A model generated the notes under the pieces. The model worked only from the letters and a program-made list of their open reading frames with translations. It ran no database searches and had not been told where the DNA came from. Below, piece after piece: positions 59,105 through 64,000 of a DNA stretch of 64,000 nt. Position numbers and translations under genes: made by a program. Source of the DNA: Octopus vulgaris (Eukaryota); NCBI GenBank assembly GCA_951406725.2, contig OX597824.1:90892001-90956000 (forward strand), written 5' to 3'. Every line of letters begins with the position of its first letter. Position 1 is the first letter of the stretch.

Positions 59105-59562
59105 ATAGGAGTTAGGGCAAGGTTCAGAGTTAGGGTTGCTAAGATACGTGTTAGTGCTGGGTCTAGGTTTAGTGAAAGAGGGGTTTGGCATTAAGTTTAC
59201 AGGAGAGGGTTTTTGATTAGGTTTTCTAGGTAGAATTATGGGTGGATTTAGGGATGACTTATTAGAATAAGGATTATGCTTAGATTTAGTATTAGGTTAA
59301 ATTTATTGTCAGAGTTTGTGGGAGAGGTTAGTATTAAGATTAAAAATAAGTTTTGTGTTAATTCTGAGATTAGATTTAAAGTAAGGTTTAGTATTAGATA
59401 TAGAAATAGGTTTTGTATTTCGGAAAGTTTTAGCGCTTCGTTTGATGTTAAGATTAGAATTAACATTTAAGGTTAGGGTTAGCGTTAAGATTAGGGTTAG
59501 CGTTAAGATTAGTGTTAGTGCTAAGATTAGGGTTAGTGTTAAGATTAGGGTTAGTGCTAAGG
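59105..59562 (+). repeat. Degenerate TTAGGG-derived hexamer array with 18-bp higher-order unit at its 3' end
   Basis: ttaggg/ttagat/ttaagg hexamers; 'gttagcgttaagattagg'-type units at ~59478-59562. Confidence 0.75.
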
Positions 59563-59864
59563 TGACAGTTTATGGCTTATGTGAAGAGATCGGTGATTAT
59601 CAGCATCTGTTCGGTTAATGCTAGTGACAAATTTCTAGCAATAACACGCAGTGACATATCAGTAGCGCCACCTAGACAAGAATGGAGAGCGGAGAAGGGG
59701 TTACGTTTAATGGGGCCCTACATTAGTGGATGTCACATCCTATTAGTTCTCTGACGCTTGGCCCATTTTTTCTCTCTCATTTCTCCAAATTCCTCTTTGT
59801 TTCTTTCTTCGTCTTCTACCATTTTCTTCTCTATTCTCTCTCTCTCTTACTCTCTCCCTCTCAC

Positions 59865-59900
<36 letters not shown>

Positions 59901-60030
59901 CTTGTGTATAGCTGTCTATCTGTTTCTCCCCCTCTCTCACTTAAACTCATACACACAGACACTCTCCTGTCATCGTCGTTTTCCTTCTCACTCCATATGT
60001 CACTGTCTGTCTTTCTCTCTCCCTCTCCCC

Positions 60031-60081
<51 letters not shown>

Positions 60082-60252
60082 TGGCTCTCTTCAGTATCTT
60101 CTCTCATTCTCACTTTCCTCTCTCTTACACTCACTCCCACTCTTTCTTTGTCTTCTTTCTTTTCCTTTTGTCTACATACAATCACAAACACGCATTAACA
60201 CTCTAAAACAGCCGCGTATATATATTTTTTATTGTTCTAAGTACGTGTGTGG

Positions 60253-60309
<57 letters not shown>

Positions 60310-60723
60310 CATATATACATATCTATATATACATATATGCAAACGTGCATACATATATAAATACATACTTACATACACATATGAATATATGTCTTGTGTG
60401 CGTTTACACTTATATTACAATATATAAATGTGTGTGTGTGTGAATTGAACTAAGTATGTAAGTAAGCATGCATGTATATATATATATGTATATATAATTT
60501 TGGTGATAATACAAATAGGAAAATAGAACTCAAAACATGAGTATATCTGTCTATCCTCTCTCTCTCTCTCTCTCCATATATATATATATATGTTTGTATG
60601 TATGTACGTATGTATGTATGAATGTTTGTATGTATAATTTATTTATTTATCATTTTTACTTGGCACACCAGATGTTACAAACTGACTCAAGGGCCGACAG
60701 TTTTTTTTAAACCCACTTATATA

Positions 60724-60764
<41 letters not shown>

Positions 60765-60883
60765 GCGAGAATGAAGCAACAAGAATGGATAGGTTTTTAG
60801 TACTAAAATGGATAGTTTTTGTAGAGATTGAAATCAGAAGTTAGAGTAAATTCATTTAAATTAACTTGAATCTTTATTGCTTT

Positions 60884-60933
<50 letters not shown>

Positions 60934-60948
60934 TAGATAGAGAGATAG

Positions 60949-60982
<34 letters not shown>

Positions 60983-61163
60983 AAGACGAAAAAGAAAATG
61001 GAGGTTGGAAAGTTAATAATTGTTTATTATTAACAGCAGATTAATCATTTTCCCTTACAGCTGTTTCAATTAATACTCAGTAAATATTAAGTAAATATTA
61101 AATTCATATTTATATGATCGGAGAATAATATCTTCATATCACATACATATATACGTGTGTGTG

Positions 61164-61233
<70 letters not shown>

Positions 61234-61379
61234 CCGAGTGAGACATTCCAAAGGTGGAATGGAAGGAATTGTCTGGATTGGAATTCTTTTGATCCAAACT
61301 TGGTTCTGTCAGATCTGACCATCAAAGAACCACTAGCAGCTACTGCTACCTAAACTGTCATTAACTACCGATACAAACA

Positions 61380-62110
61380 ACATTCACGTCACCACCACCG
61401 CTACCACCGCCACTGCCGACGCCACCATCACTACTATCATGAACTCCAACGTCAGCCGAGAGCAACAGCAACACTAACAATAACGGCAACACCATTGCGA
61501 ACACCGCAACCATCACCACTAACAACATCATCATCATCACCACCATCACAACCACCACCACTAACAACATCATCACCACCACCACCACCACTAACAACAT
61601 CATCATCATCACCACCACCACCACCATCACCACTAACAACATCATCATCATCACCACCATCACAACCACCACCACTAACAACATCATCACCACCACCACC
61701 ACCACTAACAACATCATCATCATCACCACCACCACCACCATCACCACTAACAACATCACCACCATCAACACCACCACCACTAACAATATCATCACCATCA
61801 TCACCACCACCACCATCACCACTAACAACATCATCATCATCATCACCACCATCACCACCACCACCACTAACAACATCATCATCATCTTCACCACCACCAC
61901 TAACACCATCATCATCATTATCATCATCTTCATCATCACCACAACTACCACCACCACTAACACCATCACCACCACCACCACCACCACTAACACCATCATC
62001 ATCATCACCATCATCACCACCACCACCACCACAACCACCACTAATATCATCATCATCATCATCATCATCATCATTATCAAAGAATACCATCAACGCAACA
62101 AACACCACCA

Positions 62111-62141
<31 letters not shown>

Positions 62142-62538
62142 AACCAGCACCTCCATAACCACTTCTACCAACACTAGCACTCAACATTTCAGTCGATCTA
62201 TCCCCCACCCCCACACCATTCGTCACCACCATCACCATCACCACCATCATCACCGCCGCCGCCGCCGCCGCCATCACCGTTTCCCGCCAACTTTTGCAGT
62301 GTGCGCAGAGTGTGTTGTTCGACTGCATCGAGAGATGCAATCCGGATGACTGGTGTCTGGCTGTGTATGGGTAATTAGGTTAGTGTCAACTCGTGGATGG
62401 CTCTGATGGTTGTGTCAATGGATTGGAGGGAGGAGGAGAAGAAGGAGAAGGAGAGGGAGGAGGAAGGGGAGCGTGAGGGAAGATTCGAACGTTGCCGTCT
62501 CCACTACCGCAACCACCACCACCACCGCTACCACCACA

Positions 62539-62585
<47 letters not shown>

Positions 62586-62870
62586 CCCTTATCCTCACCT
62601 TTATCCTCCCCCTCCTCCTCCTTATCATCATCATCGTCATCGTCATCGTCAGCATTGTCTTCAACATCATCATCGCCATCATCATCATCCTCCTCCTCCT
62701 CATCATCATCATCATCATCGCCATCATCATCATTGCGTCACCATCATCGTCATAACCATCATCAACGTCATCATCATCATCGTCATAATCATCATCAACG
62801 TCATCATCATCAACGTCATCATCGTCATCGCCATCACCGTTCTCATTCTTGTCATCATCACCGTCGCCAA
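61380..62870. repeat. (CAC/CAT)n compound arrays, including a 114-bp duplicated higher-order unit
   Basis: Recurrent 'ccactaacaacatcatc'; the translation repeats a 38-aa block twice (~61511-61740). Confidence 0.9.
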
Positions 62871-63439
62871 GCCCCTACCTAGGTTGTCGATACCATCAGC
62901 AAATCCCCCCACCATATTTCTGCACGTCCAGAAAACATATCTCACCATGTTTTTCTTTATGTTTCCGCAAGAAATAACAACTAAATCTCCTTAAACGCAT
63001 ATTCTAGCCTCTAAAAAAAAGCCTAAGTTGCATTGGACAGAGGAGTCTTAGACAGATAAAACGAGGTGGTTACGAGTGGAACGTCTTTGATCCTAGGTCT
63101 TCTCAATCAGATTGATCTGGGACAAAACAATAACATAGAAATTGCAGTAAAACTGTCTTCAAATCATATCCTGTTCAAATCAATAATGGTTAAATCAATA
63201 AATCGAAGCGCCTGAAACCTCATATTTTAAAGCAGATAGCAAACGACTGTATTTGTCGGAACAAAAATATGTGTCTCCCATGGAAAATGCATGAATTTGG
63301 GTTCATTTAGCTGTTAAAACAAAGTGTGTCAGCTTCACTTGAAATTATGTTATTTCCGATAAAGCTCGCTACTCTTATAACTTAATGTCCGTTCCATTTA
63401 GATGGTCGAAAATGTGAATAGTGAACGTTAAATTGCACA

Positions 63440-64000
63440 ACCATTCTACCATTCTCATGTTACTTAATAATTCTTCTCTTAGATTCTCACTCTTCAGTAG
63501 AACCTTTTCCAAACATCAGCGACACTCATAGCTATGATACAGTACACTTAAATATTCACATTTCGTGTCATTCAGTAAACTTCTGAAGTGGTTAGCACCA
63601 TGGCTCTGATTAGACTAATGACACGGATTGCAGAATTAATTGCATGCATAAAATCTAAGACTGATTACACAGTCCTTCCTCATGAATAATGGTATGATAA
63701 CTGCGTAAAGTGAATGCTCGTTTTTCGTTTTATTATTTAGCAGCTTTATGAGACCAGCATGTTTTCTGGTAAATGAAGTGGCACCGTCTGTTATTATGCT
63801 TACCAATTTCATCTGATTCAAATTATATCTACCCAAGCAGTTTTTAATGACCATACAAACCTTGGCCAGTTGTGGTTTCCTTTAATGGTTCAAATGACGG
63901 GAACACTTCACTAATTACAAAATTATCACCAATTGCATTATTAAATACGTGTAGCTGTGCTGTTGTCTTGTATATCAGTTCTCTTAGTGTCACAGTGTGC
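63440..64000 (-). mobile_element. hAT (Charlie/Buster/SPIN-type) transposase relic
   Basis: 'TDIQDNTAQL', 'PLKETTTG', 'KLVSIITDGATSFTRKHAGLIKLL' and 'VLYH', with frameshifts. Confidence 0.85.

Noticed and set aside
61452-62349. Extensin/mucin-like (SPPPP) or Gly/Asp-rich protein
   Set aside because: Multiple frames on both strands are open because the DNA is (CAC/CAT)n; there is no codon-level or splice evidence.

Overview
This is eukaryotic, AT-rich, extremely microsatellite-dense genomic DNA, intronic or intergenic in character. The SINE repertoire and repeat density most resemble an octopus (coleoid cephalopod) genome; this is an inference from recalled repeat families, not a database result. 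No intact cellular gene is supported: the long ORFs in the track are microsatellite read-through or decayed transposon fragments. The window holds at least 3-4 tRNA-derived SINE families with swapped modules, plus RTE, CR1-like, Tx1/L1-like and R4/Dong-like LINE fragments. It also holds a rearranged Penelope-like element (PLE), a complete non-autonomous Helitron, a mariner MITE and a hAT transposase relic. The most notable signal is a set of short modules carrying minimal type I hammerhead-ribozyme folds, probably PLE pseudo-LTRs or retrozyme-like elements. They lie in (TA)n/(TAA)n tracts, twice within the internal microsatellite region of a SINE. Other signals are (TAA)n-associated restriction-like-endonuclease (RLE) LINEs, a head-to-tail SINE concatemer with a recurring junction, a long foldback, and a possible HDV-like ribozyme remnant. 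Coordinates were counted by eye and ends may be off by a few bases.
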